Source: Terriglobia bacterium (GTDB taxonomy: Bacteria > Acidobacteriota > Terriglobia > JAJPHL01 > JAPKYU01). From it: a stretch of 64,000 nt of DNA. Position 1 is the first letter of the stretch; the number at the start of each line of letters is the position of its first letter. This document shows, one piece after another, positions 28,089 to 38,056 of this stretch. The stretch covers positions 128,001-192,000 of the forward strand of contig CBDBKE010000001.1 in the NCBI GenBank assembly GCA_965206645.1, read 5' to 3'. Both the position numbers and the translations under genes were made by a program. Under the pieces are notes generated by a model. It did not search any database, was not told the DNA's origin, and saw only the letters and a list, made by a program, of their open reading frames with translations.

Positions 28089-29755
28089 ACCTTCGGCGAC
28101 CAAGCTGGAGGTGCGATCCCCTCAATGTGCGTTTTCACGTCGATGACCGCCGGTCTGCCTGATCCTAACGCCTGATCGAGCGCCCGCGCGAATTCACCGG
28201 GCTTGTTGACGTGGATTCCGAAACATCCCATCGATTCCGCGACCTTCGCAAAGTCGGATTCTGGGAAGATCCACAACTCGTCGGACCCCGCACACCGACC
28301 ACCGTAGATCGCTTCGTTAATCTCCTGCTCTTGGTTCAGCGAGTGGTTGTTGTTGACCACAGTGACCGTATGGATGCCGCAGCGAAGGGCCGTCTCCAAC
28401 TCGGTGAGGTGGTACCAGATGCCCCCGTCGCCCGAGAAGCAAACGACCGGCCGGTCGGGCGCGGCGCACTTGGCGCCGATCGCGGCGGGCAAGCCCCAGC
28501 CCAGCGAGCCCGCGCAGCGGATATAGCTTTGCGACGGGTGCTTGAGATCGATCATGGTGCCGGTCCAGATGCCCGCGTGACCGGTGTCGGAAACAAGAAT
28601 TGCATCCGCAGGCAGCGAGTCCGTCATTTCCCGACAGAGCCGTTCGGGCCTCAAGGGAATCTCATCTGAGTTGACCAGCGGAGCGACCTCCTGCTTCCAG
28701 TTCTTGACGAAGCCTTGCACGCGGCGAATCCATTCGGGATGGCCGGCGGGCTCGGCATGATCAATCATTTTACGCAGCGAGGCTTTGGCGTCCGCTTGGA
28801 GCCCGACAGTGATCGGGAACGACCGCCCTAGCTCAGACGGGTTGATATCGAGCTGAATGACCCGTGTGCCCTCCCGCGGGATACGCCATTCGTTTGTCAC
28901 CTGACCGCCGGTATGGCTCCCAACAAAAAAGACCAAGTCAGCTTCGGCGACCGCTTGATTCGCGCAGTTCCGCGAGTACAGTCCGCACACTCCGACACCT
29001 AGGGGATGATCGTAGGGAAAGGTTTCTTTGGCGTTGAGGGAGGTAGCGATGGGGATCGACAACTTTTCGGCAAGTTGGACAAGTTCCGCTCCAGCGTCGG
29101 AATAGGTAACCCCGCCGCCGGCAACGATCACTGGGCGTTCGGCCTGCGCCAGTAGTTGTACAGCCTTGCGAACCGTGGCTACATCAGGTTCGGGCCGGAA
29201 CGGCGGGACCTGTGTGAAGGCGTCTTCGATCACGATCTCGAGATTGGCCTCTTCATCCGCGAGTTGCCCAATAAATCCTTCCAGGTCCAAGTGCACTGGC
29301 CCCGGCGTCCCCGAGACCGCTTCTCGGAATGCCTGGCGCAAGAAGTAGGGCAGTTGTGTCGCCTGACTCACGAGCACGTTGTATTTCGTAACGCCATCGA
29401 AGAACTTGACGTGGTCAACTTCTTGATATTGGTGGCGATGCTGGCTGATTTGGCTTTGGCGCCCGGTCAACGCCATTACGGGCGAGCACGCTAAGAAAGC
29501 ATCCTGCAACCCTGCCGCGAGATTCGCGGCTCCAACCGACTGCGACAGACAGATGCCGGTACTTCGGCTGACCCGAGCGTAGCCGTCGGCCATGTAGGCC
29601 GCGGCTTTTTCGCCGTGCGTCATGATGCGTTTGATGCCGAGCTTTTCCATCTCGGCCAGTGCCCGGATCGCGACGACCGGCATGAAGAACACATGGCTCA
29701 CACCGTAGCCCTTGAACGTTTCGGCGATAAATCTCCCCCCGGTCATCTTCGGCAT
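28085..29755 (-). CDS. Thiamine diphosphate-binding enzyme (acetolactate synthase large subunit-like)
   Basis: HGEKAAAYMADGYAR, GPVHLDL, GSLGWGLPAAIG and GDGG...NN motifs. Confidence 0.93.
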   Translation of the reverse strand: MPKMTGGRFIAETFKGYGVSHVFFMPVVAIRALAEMEKLGIKRIMTHGEKAAAYMADGYARVSRSTGICLSQSVGAANLAAGLQDAFLACSPVMALTGRQSQISQHRHQYQEVDHVKFFDGVTKYNVLVSQATQLPYFLRQAFREAVSGTPGPVHLDLEGFIGQLADEEANLEIVIEDAFTQVPPFRPEPDVATVRKAVQLLAQAERPVIVAGGGVTYSDAGAELVQLAEKLSIPIATSLNAKETFPYDHPLGVGVCGLYSRNCANQAVAEADLVFFVGSHTGGQVTNEWRIPREGTRVIQLDINPSELGRSFPITVGLQADAKASLRKMIDHAEPAGHPEWIRRVQGFVKNWKQEVAPLVNSDEIPLRPERLCREMTDSLPADAILVSDTGHAGIWTGTMIDLKHPSQSYIRCAGSLGWGLPAAIGAKCAAPDRPVVCFSGDGGIWYHLTELETALRCGIHTVTVVNNNHSLNQEQEINEAIYGGRCAGSDELWIFPESDFAKVAESMGCFGIHVNKPGEFARALDQALGSGRPAVIDVKTHIEGIAPPAWSPKV

Positions 29756-29781
29756 TCCGCTGCCTGGCGAACCCTACCTAC

Positions 29782-30159
29782 TTAGTCGTCATACTCCACG
29801 ACGACTTGATCGCCTTCGATCGTCACGGTGTAAGTCCGAACGGACACCTCAAGCACGGTCAGACAGCGGCCGGTCTTGATGTCAAACGGCCACTGATGCC
29901 AAGGGCACCGCAGGATCTCACCGTCTCGTTCCAGCCGCAGTCCGTGGTTCTGGACCGTGAGCGGAGCCTCCGTGACCACGGTGCTCCCGATGCTTCCTGT
30001 ACACAAGGGTCCGAGTTTATGGGGACAAAGATTATGCAGCGCGTGGAACGAGCCGTTGACGTTGAACACACCGATCCCTGCCTTGCCTCGGAACGGCACG
30101 ACAAGCTTCCTTGCCCCCGGCGGAATCTCATCCACCTTCGCTACGACAACGCGCGGCAC
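29782..30159 (-). CDS. Rieske [2Fe-2S] ferredoxin
   Basis: CPH...CPWH ligands, FDIKTG. Confidence 0.93.
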   Translation of the reverse strand: MPRVVVAKVDEIPPGARKLVVPFRGKAGIGVFNVNGSFHALHNLCPHKLGPLCTGSIGSTVVTEAPLTVQNHGLRLERDGEILRCPWHQWPFDIKTGRCLTVLEVSVRTYTVTIEGDQVVVEYDD

Positions 30160-30164
30160 TCAGC

Positions 30165-30222
30165 TCAACTCGCCTTTAAGCCGAACAACTCGCGAGCGTT
30201 GTCTTCAAAGACTCGCCGGCGC
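30165..30222 (-). pseudogene. C-terminal stub of a probable amidohydrolase_2 gene cut by IS3
   Basis: Reads RRRVFEDNARELFGLKAS* from the IS end and stops 5 nt before the Rieske start. Confidence 0.6.
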
Positions 30223-31472
30223 TGACCTGACCGGCACTTTTTGTACCAAGTGGAAAGAGAGAGAATCCACTTGAGGAGGGAGTGAGGTCATGCCGACAAG
30301 GAGTTACAAGCCGGAGCAGATTGTAGCGGTGCTACGGCAGATAGAAGTGCAGATGGGGAACGGGAAGACTGCGCCCCAAGCCTGCAAAGAAGCTGGAATC
30401 CACACCCAAACCTACTACCGGTGGCGGAAGGAATACGGCGGGCTGAAGGTGGTGCAGGCAAAACGGCTAAAGGAGTTGGAGAAGGAAAACACGCGGCTGA
30501 AGCGGTTGGTAGCGGAGCTTTCTCTGGAGAAGCAGGTGCTGCGGGATGTGGCACAGGGAAACTTCTGAGCCCTGAGCGGCGGCGTTGTGCGGTGGAGCGT
30601 GCGTGGGAGCAACACGGGTTGTCGGAACGGCATGCCTGCCGGCTGCTGGGGCAATGGCGAGGGACACAACGATACGAGCCGATTCATCGGGTGGACGAGG
30701 ATGCTCTGACCCGAGCGATCATTGCCCTGGGAGCGAACTACGGGCGATATGGCTACCGGAGGATCACAGCGTTGCTGCGGAGTGCGGGCTGGGAAGTGGG
30801 CAAGGACCGGGTGCAGCGGATTTGGCGGCGGGAAGGGCTGAAAGTGCCGCAAAAACAAAGGCCGCGAGGACGGCTGTGGCTGAACGACGGTTCCTGTGTA
30901 CGACTGAGGCCGGAGCGACCGAACCACGTGTGGAGCTACGACTTCATGAGTGCCAGAACGCACGAGGGGAGAACGCTGCGGCTGCTGACCTTGCTGGATG
31001 AGTACACGCGGGAATGCCTGGCGATCCGGGTGGAGCGGAGGATGGGCAGCCAACAAATCATTGAGGCGTTGTCGGACGTGATGTTGTGGCGAGGGATACC
31101 GGAACAGATTCGATCCGACAATGGTCCCGAGTTCATCGCCAAACAACTGCGCCAGTGGTTGGCAAATCTAGGGACCGGGACACTGTACATCGAACCGGGC
31201 AGTCCCTGGGAGAACGGGTACTGCGAGAGTTTCAATGGGAAGCTGCGGGACGAATGCCTGAATGGAGAGATCTTCTACTCGTTGAAGGAGGCACAGGTGG
31301 TGATTGAACAGTGGAGGGTGCAATACAACACGGTGCGGCCGCACTCGGCGCTCGGCTATAGGCCCCCGGCGCCGGGGGCCTATAGCCCTCCCCTGCCACT
31401 GAAACCAGTTTCACAGCCCCAGGCTGCGATGTAAACTCTCACTACGGTTGGTACAAAAAATCGGTCTGGTCA
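30223..31472 (+). mobile_element. IS3-family insertion sequence (IS407-like), 1250 bp
   Basis: IRs TGACCTGACCGGCACTTTTTGTACCAA and TTGGTACAAAAAATCGGTCTGGTCA. No target duplication. Confidence 0.95.
30290..31434 (+). CDS. IS3 transposase OrfA (30290-30568) / OrfB joined by -1 frameshift
   Basis: GGGAAAC at 30556-30562; WSYDF, RSDNGPEF, PWENGYCESFNG. Confidence 0.93.
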
Positions 31473-31684
31473 GGGTCGGTTCGGGCGGGTCCTGACACCT
31501 GAGGTTATGAGAGTTCTCCACTAACGGGCTAGTGTTTACCAATCCCGGTTTCAGTTGGGCGAATAATCGGCTTACCGGAAACTGACCCATTGCCTCCCAG
31601 TGCGATGACTTGCAGCGGGGCCGGAAGCGGTGTTATCTTTTTCTTTTGCAGAGAGTTTCCGTGTAGCCAGAGGAGTCGAGCGGT

Positions 31685-32449
31685 ATGTGGCCGGCTGGCA
31701 GGCATTCCAAGTGGGCCAGCATTAAGCACAAGAAGGCGGCGACGGATGCGCGCCGTGGCCGGCTGTTCTCGCAGCTGATCAAAGAGATCACGGTGGCCGC
31801 GCGGGCCGGCGGCGGCGACGCGGACTCCAATCCGCGCCTGCGCACAGCGGTGACCGCCGCCAAGACGGCCAGCATGCCGGCCGACAACATCAAGCGGGCC
31901 ATCCAGCGGGGCACCGGGGAGATTCCCGGTCTCGTGGTGGATGAGGTGACGTTTGAGGGTTACGGCCCCGGCGGAGTGGCCGTGCTGGTGGAGGTGGCCA
32001 CCGACAACCGCAACCGAACGGTCAGCGAAATCCGCCACACCTTTTCCAAGCAAGGCGGGAACCTGGGGGAAGCCGGCAGCGTGGCCTGGATGTTCAAGAA
32101 GCGCGGCTACATCGTCGTTCCCAAAGAGAAGGCCAGCGAAGACCAGTTATTGAGCATTGTACTGGATGCTGGCGGGGAAGACCTGCGGGATGACGGCTCG
32201 CAGTGGGAGGTGCTGACGGCGGTGGAGACCTTCGAGGCGGTGGTGAACGCCTTGAAGGCCAGCCAGGTGGAAACAACCTTGGCCGAGATTTCCATGATCC
32301 CGCAGAACTACGTCAAGCTGGAGGGAAGGAACGCGCAACAACTGATGCGCCTGCTGGAGGCGCTGGAGGACCACGACGACGTGCAGCACGTCTATTCCAA
32401 CTTTGACGTGGAAGAGCGTGAGCTGCAGGCGGTGAGTGGCGGTGAGTGA
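31685..32449 (+). CDS. yebC: YebC/PmpR family protein
   Basis: HSKWASIKHKK, EGYGPGGVA, TDNRNRT, DDVQHVYSN; upstream of ruvC. Confidence 0.95.
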   Translation: MWPAGRHSKWASIKHKKAATDARRGRLFSQLIKEITVAARAGGGDADSNPRLRTAVTAAKTASMPADNIKRAIQRGTGEIPGLVVDEVTFEGYGPGGVAVLVEVATDNRNRTVSEIRHTFSKQGGNLGEAGSVAWMFKKRGYIVVPKEKASEDQLLSIVLDAGGEDLRDDGSQWEVLTAVETFEAVVNALKASQVETTLAEISMIPQNYVKLEGRNAQQLMRLLEALEDHDDVQHVYSNFDVEERELQAVSGGE

Positions 32450-32494
32450 ATGAGGCGGACACGCTGGCGCGCTTTTTCAGCAGCCTGTTAGTCA

Positions 32495-33010
32495 ATGACC
32501 ATGCGAGTTCTGGGGATTGACTGCGGTTCCGAGTGCACTGGCTACGGAATCGTGGAGAGCGACGGCCAGGGCTATCGTCTGGTGGCCGTGGGCGATATCC
32601 GGCCCACCCAGGGGCTGAGCCTGCCCGAACGGCTGCTCCAAATTGCCGAAGAGTTGCGACGGCTGATTCAGGAGTATGCCCCGCAGGAAGCAGCGGTCGA
32701 AACGATTTTCGTGGCAATCAACGTGAAGAGCGCGCTGAAGCTGGCTCAGGTGCGCGGGGTGGCCCTGCTGGAGGCGGCTCGCGCCGGTATCCCGGTCCGG
32801 GAGTATTCCCCATTGGAGGTGAAGTCCGGTGTGGTGGGGTACGGGCGCGCCGAAAAGTCGCAAGTGCAGCAGATGGTGCAAGCGATCCTGGGAACGGCGG
32901 AGCCGCTGGAGTCTGCGGACGCCGCCGACGCGCTAGCAGTCGCCATCTGTCATATCAACGTGGGATTGACCCAACAGAAACTGGCCCGAGCCGCCAGCTC
33001 CAGGGGATGA
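32495..33010 (+). CDS. ruvC: Holliday junction resolvase RuvC
   Basis: [39 protein letters not shown]. Confidence 0.96.
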   Translation: MTMRVLGIDCGSECTGYGIVESDGQGYRLVAVGDIRPTQGLSLPERLLQIAEELRRLIQEYAPQEAAVETIFVAINVKSALKLAQVRGVALLEAARAGIPVREYSPLEVKSGVVGYGRAEKSQVQQMVQAILGTAEPLESADAADALAVAICHINVGLTQQKLARAASSRG

Positions 33011-33017
33011 GTTTGCG

Positions 33018-33713
33018 GTGAGGTTCCGCCTTAAGATTGGCGCTGCGCTTCTCGCCCTGCTCGCCGTGGGAATCAGTGGCGGTGCCGCCGCATTCCAGCA
33101 AGACAAGCCGGCCTTGCCCCGAGTGGTTTTCATCAAGGAATTTCCCGGCAGCTCACCCGCCTATTACTCGATCACGGTCATCCAGAACGGCGAAGCCGTC
33201 TACGCCACTGCACCGGATGATCCCCAGCCAGTGCGCTTCCGCCTCTCGGCGCCTTTGACCGGCCGGGTGTTTCAGATTGCCGCCCGCCTCAACCACTTCC
33301 GCACGCCGTTGGAAACGCGCAAGAAGACGAGGGTTGCCTCAATGGGCAAGAAGACCTTGCGCTACGAGGCCGGCGCGCAGCGCTTCGAGACGTCGTATAA
33401 CTTTACCGGGAACCAGGACGCTGCCGCGCTAACCAGACTGTTCGAGAAGATTTCCCTCACCGAAGAGTACCTGCTCGGCCTGGAGCGGGTGGTGCGTTTC
33501 GACCGGCTGGGAGTGATGCGGCAACTCCTGTGGATTGAGATCGGTATGAACAGACGGGACCTGGTGGCCCCGGTCCAGTTTGTTCCCCTGCTGGAACAGA
33601 TCGTTCAAGATTCACGCTTCCTCAACATCGCACAGGAGCGCGCTGCTCACCTGTTGAAACGCATCCGCAACGGCAAATACTCTGCAAAATTGAAACTGGG
33701 GAAGGCCCGCTAG
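33018..33713 (+). CDS. Exported hypothetical protein
   Basis: Signal peptide, host-like codon usage, follows ruvC by 7 nt. Confidence 0.75.
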   Translation: MRFRLKIGAALLALLAVGISGGAAAFQQDKPALPRVVFIKEFPGSSPAYYSITVIQNGEAVYATAPDDPQPVRFRLSAPLTGRVFQIAARLNHFRTPLETRKKTRVASMGKKTLRYEAGAQRFETSYNFTGNQDAAALTRLFEKISLTEEYLLGLERVVRFDRLGVMRQLLWIEIGMNRRDLVAPVQFVPLLEQIVQDSRFLNIAQERAAHLLKRIRNGKYSAKLKLGKAR

Positions 33714-33790
33714 CGGGCGCCGTAAGACGATCCCTTCAGGGACGGGGAGCCGTCTGTTGACGCGCGCGGCTCTGCAGGCGGAACCAGATG

Positions 33791-33822
33791 CCGAGCCGCG
33801 ACCCTCAGGAGGCGGTCACGCC
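33791..33822. repeat. REP-like palindromic unit, copy 1
   Basis: ccgagccgcgaccctcaggaggcggtcacgcc; 24/32 identical to 50813-50844. Confidence 0.6.
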
Positions 33823-33841
33823 ACAGTTCTTCAGTACCCGG

Positions 33842-34231
33842 CTAGGGCAGTCCGGTCCACAATTCGCACACCACGATGGAGTCCAACGGGTTCTGCGGGT
33901 CGTACTTGACGCTGGCTAGAAGGCCTTCGCTGAATTTCTCGGCCTCGGCCATGTGGCGCAACGCGGAAATGTCCTGGGCGGCAGAATAGGTCACTCCGGC
34001 GACTGAATAGTCGTAATGGAGGAGCCGGAGGCGGCGGCCGCTCTGCTCCAGTTCGGTTACCTCCACGATCGTACCGTCGCAGATGCGCCCGATGGCGTTA
34101 ATCCGCAGGCGCCGTTCCCGTTCTCTCTCGGCAGGGCTCTTCCTGGAGCGCAAGAAAAGCCCCAGCGCGAGCCCGCCCGCCAGCAGCCCCCCTGCCATCA
34201 ACCCCAAGCCGAAGAGTTGGCCTGGCCCCAT
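33842..34231 (-). CDS. Single-TM hypothetical protein (DUF3592-like)
   Basis: N-terminal TM; G.IVEV...YDYSVAGVTY...VKYDPQNP.DS pattern. Confidence 0.65.
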   Translation of the reverse strand: MGPGQLFGLGLMAGGLLAGGLALGLFLRSRKSPAERERERRLRINAIGRICDGTIVEVTELEQSGRRLRLLHYDYSVAGVTYSAAQDISALRHMAEAEKFSEGLLASVKYDPQNPLDSIVVCELWTGLP

Positions 34232-34311
34232 GTGCGTTTCCTCTGCGTCCCGTCTTTGGACCTCCCAATATCTCCAACGGCACCCGGTCGGGGCGCCGTT
34301 CAGGGCCTCGT

Positions 34312-35361
34312 TCAGGGCTGGACGAGAACCGTCCGGGAACGGGCACTCTCGTTTCCCTTCCGGTCCACTGCACTCACCGCGTAGGAGTAGGTGGTGCCTG
34401 GCCGGGTGGTGGCGTCCTGGAAGGTCGGTGAAACGAGCAGGTCCTTGTTGAGCTGACGGGGTGGTCCGCCATTTTCGCTGCGAAACAGGTTGTAGCCGGC
34501 TAGATCAGGCTCCAGATTGGGCTTCCAGGACAATTGCACCGCCGGCGGGGCTGTCGGCTCCAGCAAGGTCGTCAGGTCCGCCGGCACTTGCGGCGGAAAC
34601 AGGTCTTCCGGACGAATGAAAGCGATCGGGGAGTCGGGGCTCTCGGCGCGGAACGTACCCTGGATCGTAACCGCTCGGACCAGATACCGGTAGTCGCGGC
34701 CATAGTCGAACGGCGCATCGGCGTGGGCCGGCTGCGCGGGTTGGGCGGCCAGTTCCCATGGGCCTTCGCCCTTGGCGCGATACAGGTGATAAGCCGCGGC
34801 GCCAGGCACCGGTGGCCACTCCAGCAGGATTTCCCGCTCGGTGACCTGCAGACGAATCTTGGCCGGGGCAGGCAGGGCCGCCAGCAAGGGAACAGCGGCA
34901 ATATTGGAGAAGCCGGCGCTGTCGCTGCGCCGGTTCAGCAGTCGCACGGCGTAGGCGGCGGTGCTGCCCACCCGGCCGTCCGGCACTGGCTCGTTGTACT
35001 GCTCCTGGAGGGCGGGGAGCGACGCTACACGCGAGGCCGCCGCTTGGAACTCCTGCGGGCTCACCTCGGCGCGCAAGCCCGGCAGCACCGCCCGGTATAC
35101 TTCCACCGGGCCGAGCTTCTTCGGGCGCACGGTCGCGCCTTCGGTGGTGCGGGCGGGCGTCCTCCAGGCCAGCCACACGCGGTCCCCTCGCTGCATGCCG
35201 CGCATCTCGGCGGGCTGGGGAATGTCCAGCAGTGGCGGGAGCGGTGCGCCCCGAACTCCGCAGCCGACCAGCGCACCTGCGCAGCCGCAAAGCAGGCAGA
35301 GCCGGGCGGCCCACTCGTTTCGGTCTCCCCGTGTGGTTTTCGGCACCGCGGTGAGAGGCAA
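34312..35361 (-). CDS. Lipoprotein with fibronectin type III repeats
   Basis: Lipobox LVGC; LSW.P..EPDLAGYNLFR and Y.YAVSAVD..GNES motifs; abuts hslU. Confidence 0.8.
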   Translation of the reverse strand: MPLTAVPKTTRGDRNEWAARLCLLCGCAGALVGCGVRGAPLPPLLDIPQPAEMRGMQRGDRVWLAWRTPARTTEGATVRPKKLGPVEVYRAVLPGLRAEVSPQEFQAAASRVASLPALQEQYNEPVPDGRVGSTAAYAVRLLNRRSDSAGFSNIAAVPLLAALPAPAKIRLQVTEREILLEWPPVPGAAAYHLYRAKGEGPWELAAQPAQPAHADAPFDYGRDYRYLVRAVTIQGTFRAESPDSPIAFIRPEDLFPPQVPADLTTLLEPTAPPAVQLSWKPNLEPDLAGYNLFRSENGGPPRQLNKDLLVSPTFQDATTRPGTTYSYAVSAVDRKGNESARSRTVLVQP

Positions 35362-35364
35362 GGT

Positions 35365-36735
35365 CTAGAGGATGTAGCGCGACAAATCCTGATTTTTCAC
35401 GATGTCGGCCAGTTGCTTCTGCACGTAGGCGGCGTCGATTTTGACGCTCTTCTTCTTCAGGTCGGGCCCCTCGAAGCTGATCTCGTCCAGGATCCGCTCC
35501 ATGATCGTGTGCAGCCGCCGCGCCCCGATATTCTCGGTCTGCTCGTTGACCTGGGCCGCGCTTCGGGCGATCTCCTCGATCGCCTCATCGGCGAAGTGCA
35601 GCCGGATTCCCTCGGTTTCCAGCAGCGCGGTGTACTGCTTGATCAAGGCGCTTTTCGGTTCCTTCAAGATGCGGACGAAGTCCCCCAGTGTCAACGAGTG
35701 CAATTCCACGCGAATGGGGAAGCGCCCCTGCAGTTCCGGGATCAGGTCGGAGGGCTTGGAGACGTGGAATGCGCCGGCGGCCATGAACAGGATGTAGTCG
35801 GTGCGCACCATGCCGTAGCGGGTGTTCACCGTAGTGCCCTCGACAATGGGCAAGATGTCGCGCTGTACCCCTTCGCGGCTGACGTCAGGGCCGTGCCCGC
35901 TCTCGCGCCCGGCGATCTTGTCCAGCTCGTCCAGGAAGATGATCCCGGACTGCTCGACCCGCTCCACTGCGGTGCGCGTCACCTGGTCCATATCAATGAG
36001 CCGTTGCTCCTCTTCGTGGATCAGGTGGTCCACGGCCTCACCCACCCGCACCTTGCGCTTCTTGGTCTTCTGGCCGAAGAAGCCGGGTAGCATGTCTCGG
36101 ATGTTGACGCCCATCTCCTCCACGCCGGTGTTGGTGACGATTTCAAAGGACGGGAAGTTGCGCTCGCGGACTTCGATCTCCACGATTCGGTCGTCCAGCT
36201 TGCCGTCGCGCAGTTGCTGGCGGAACTTTTCCCGGGTGCGCTGGTAGCTCTCGCCGGAGTCGCCGTCGGTCGGCGGGGGAGGCGGCACCAGCAGGTCCAG
36301 CAGGCGCTCCTCGGCGGCCGCCTCGGCCTTGTCGGCCACCTCCTCCAACTTCTCCTGCCGCACCATGTCAATGGCGATCTCCACCAAGTCGCGGATCATA
36401 GACTCCACGTCGCGGCCGACATAGCCCACCTCGGTAAACTTGCTGGCTTCCACCTTCAGGAACGGGGAGTTCGACAGGCGCGCCAGGCGGCGGGCGATTT
36501 CAGTTTTGCCCACCCCGGTGGGACCGATCATCAAGATGTTCTTGGGCAAGATTTCTTCGGCCAGTTCGGGGGCGAGTTTCTGGCGGCGGATGCGGTTGCG
36601 CAGAGCGATGGCCACCGCGCGTTTGGCCGCCGTCTGCCCGACCACGTGTTTGTCCAGCTCGGAGACGATCTCGCGCGGCGTCAGCTCGTCCAGCGCCGGC
36701 GTCTCGTCCACGGCTCCAGGCAAATAGATCGCCAT
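35365..36735 (-). CDS. hslU: ATP-dependent protease ATPase subunit HslU
   Basis: [39 protein letters not shown]. Confidence 0.98.
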   Translation of the reverse strand: MAIYLPGAVDETPALDELTPREIVSELDKHVVGQTAAKRAVAIALRNRIRRQKLAPELAEEILPKNILMIGPTGVGKTEIARRLARLSNSPFLKVEASKFTEVGYVGRDVESMIRDLVEIAIDMVRQEKLEEVADKAEAAAEERLLDLLVPPPPPTDGDSGESYQRTREKFRQQLRDGKLDDRIVEIEVRERNFPSFEIVTNTGVEEMGVNIRDMLPGFFGQKTKKRKVRVGEAVDHLIHEEEQRLIDMDQVTRTAVERVEQSGIIFLDELDKIAGRESGHGPDVSREGVQRDILPIVEGTTVNTRYGMVRTDYILFMAAGAFHVSKPSDLIPELQGRFPIRVELHSLTLGDFVRILKEPKSALIKQYTALLETEGIRLHFADEAIEEIARSAAQVNEQTENIGARRLHTIMERILDEISFEGPDLKKKSVKIDAAYVQKQLADIVKNQDLSRYIL

Positions 36736-37271
36736 TACAACTCCTCGATGGTGATGTTGCTGTTGGTATAGATACAGGTCTTGCCGGCGATGTCCAGCGC
36801 TTCCTCGGCAATCCTGCGCGCCGGCAAGTTGCTATGCTTGGCCAGGGCGCGTGCCGCGGCCAGGGCCACTGACCCGCCGGACCCGATGGCGGCGATGCCC
36901 TCGTCGGGTTCAATGACGTCGCCCTGCCCGCTGAGCAGGAGCATGTTCTCTGCGTCGGCGACGAGCAGCAGCGCCTCCAGGTGTCGCAGCACGCGGTCGG
37001 TGCGCCACTCCTTGGCCAGCTCCACCGCAGACCGCGGCAGGTTGCCCTGGTGCTGCTCCAGCTTGGTCTCAAAGCGCGCAAACAATGAAAAGGCGTCGGC
37101 GGTGGAGCCGGCAAAGCCGGCCAGCACCTTGTCGTTGAACAGCCGCCGAATTTTCCGTGCGGTGTGCTTGATGACGGTGTCGCCCAGAGTGACCTGGCCG
37201 TCGCCAGCCATTACCACACCGCCGTCCCGGTGGACACACAGCACCGTCGTGGAATGCATGCGGTTGTGCAC
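36735..37271 (-). CDS. hslV: ATP-dependent protease subunit HslV
   Basis: [30 protein letters not shown]. Confidence 0.98.
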   Translation of the reverse strand: MHNRMHSTTVLCVHRDGGVVMAGDGQVTLGDTVIKHTARKIRRLFNDKVLAGFAGSTADAFSLFARFETKLEQHQGNLPRSAVELAKEWRTDRVLRHLEALLLVADAENMLLLSGQGDVIEPDEGIAAIGSGGSVALAAARALAKHSNLPARRIAEEALDIAGKTCIYTNSNITIEEL

Positions 37272-37479
37272 GATCGCGCCTCGTATTCCGCCTCTGGTAA
37301 GGTTGGTATTATATCAGCCCGGCCGGAGTGGGTCACCATCGACGCGGTCAGGCTGGCCCTAAGAACATGAGGATAGCGGAGATGGTCGAGGTGCACATAG
37401 CTGAATTCACTGGTAGTCTGCACTCTCGCAGCAGACTCAACGGGAGATTCGAAGGTCCTGAACTCCTCGGAGGTGGTCT

Positions 37480-37950
37480 ATGGATACTCTAGCAATTTTC
37501 GGCCTGCAGTTCTTCTTGAGCCTTGTCGTGTGGGGCGTGATTGCAAAGTGGTCGTTGGGTCCCTGGCTAGAGAAAAAGTCTTCACACGAGGCTCTCTATT
37601 GGCTGACCCTGCCGCATGCATTTCGCTACATCGGAATGGTATTCCTTGTCCCCGGAGTCGTTGCGCGACCGTTGCCAGGCGCTTTCGCTAATCCTGCCGC
37701 CTACGGAGACTTGGTGACGGGTGTGCTGGCGTTGCTGGCGCTCATCGCTCTGCGGACTGGCTGGGCTAGGGCGTTGGCGCTGGTCTGGCTCTTCAACATT
37801 GTCGGCACGGTGGACCTTCTAAATGCACTGCGCCAAGCGAATGTGGTACCGGACTTCGGAGCGGCTTGGTACATTCCGACATTCTTCGTTCCACTACTCC
37901 TGGTGACTCACTTCATGATATTTGCCCGCCTGCTCAAGCGCGGGACTTGA
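37480..37950 (+). CDS. Small polytopic membrane hypothetical protein
   Basis: GGAGG RBS; about 5 TMs; PHAFRYIG...AYGD...FNIVG..D pattern. Confidence 0.8.
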   Translation: MDTLAIFGLQFFLSLVVWGVIAKWSLGPWLEKKSSHEALYWLTLPHAFRYIGMVFLVPGVVARPLPGAFANPAAYGDLVTGVLALLALIALRTGWARALALVWLFNIVGTVDLLNALRQANVVPDFGAAWYIPTFFVPLLLVTHFMIFARLLKRGT

Positions 37951-38056
37951 ATCACGCGTGCCCGTCATCCAAGCCTCTGCCCAAAGGCGTGCTCTCGCGT
38001 TGACCCAGCGGCTGCCGACAGCCTTCTTACTGGGTCCAAGGAGTCTTCATTGCTGG

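Noticed and set aside
23156-31472. Recent composite transposon
   Set aside because: The two IS3 elements differ substantially and the outer flanks (ccag / gggt) are not duplicated.
31527-31595. aaactgacccattgcc and nearby partial inverted repeat as another IS end
   Set aside because: Too degenerate to support without a library search.
37211-37423. Possible xerC remnant upstream of hslV
   Set aside because: Only vague resemblance; no LLGH or other tyrosine recombinase motif.
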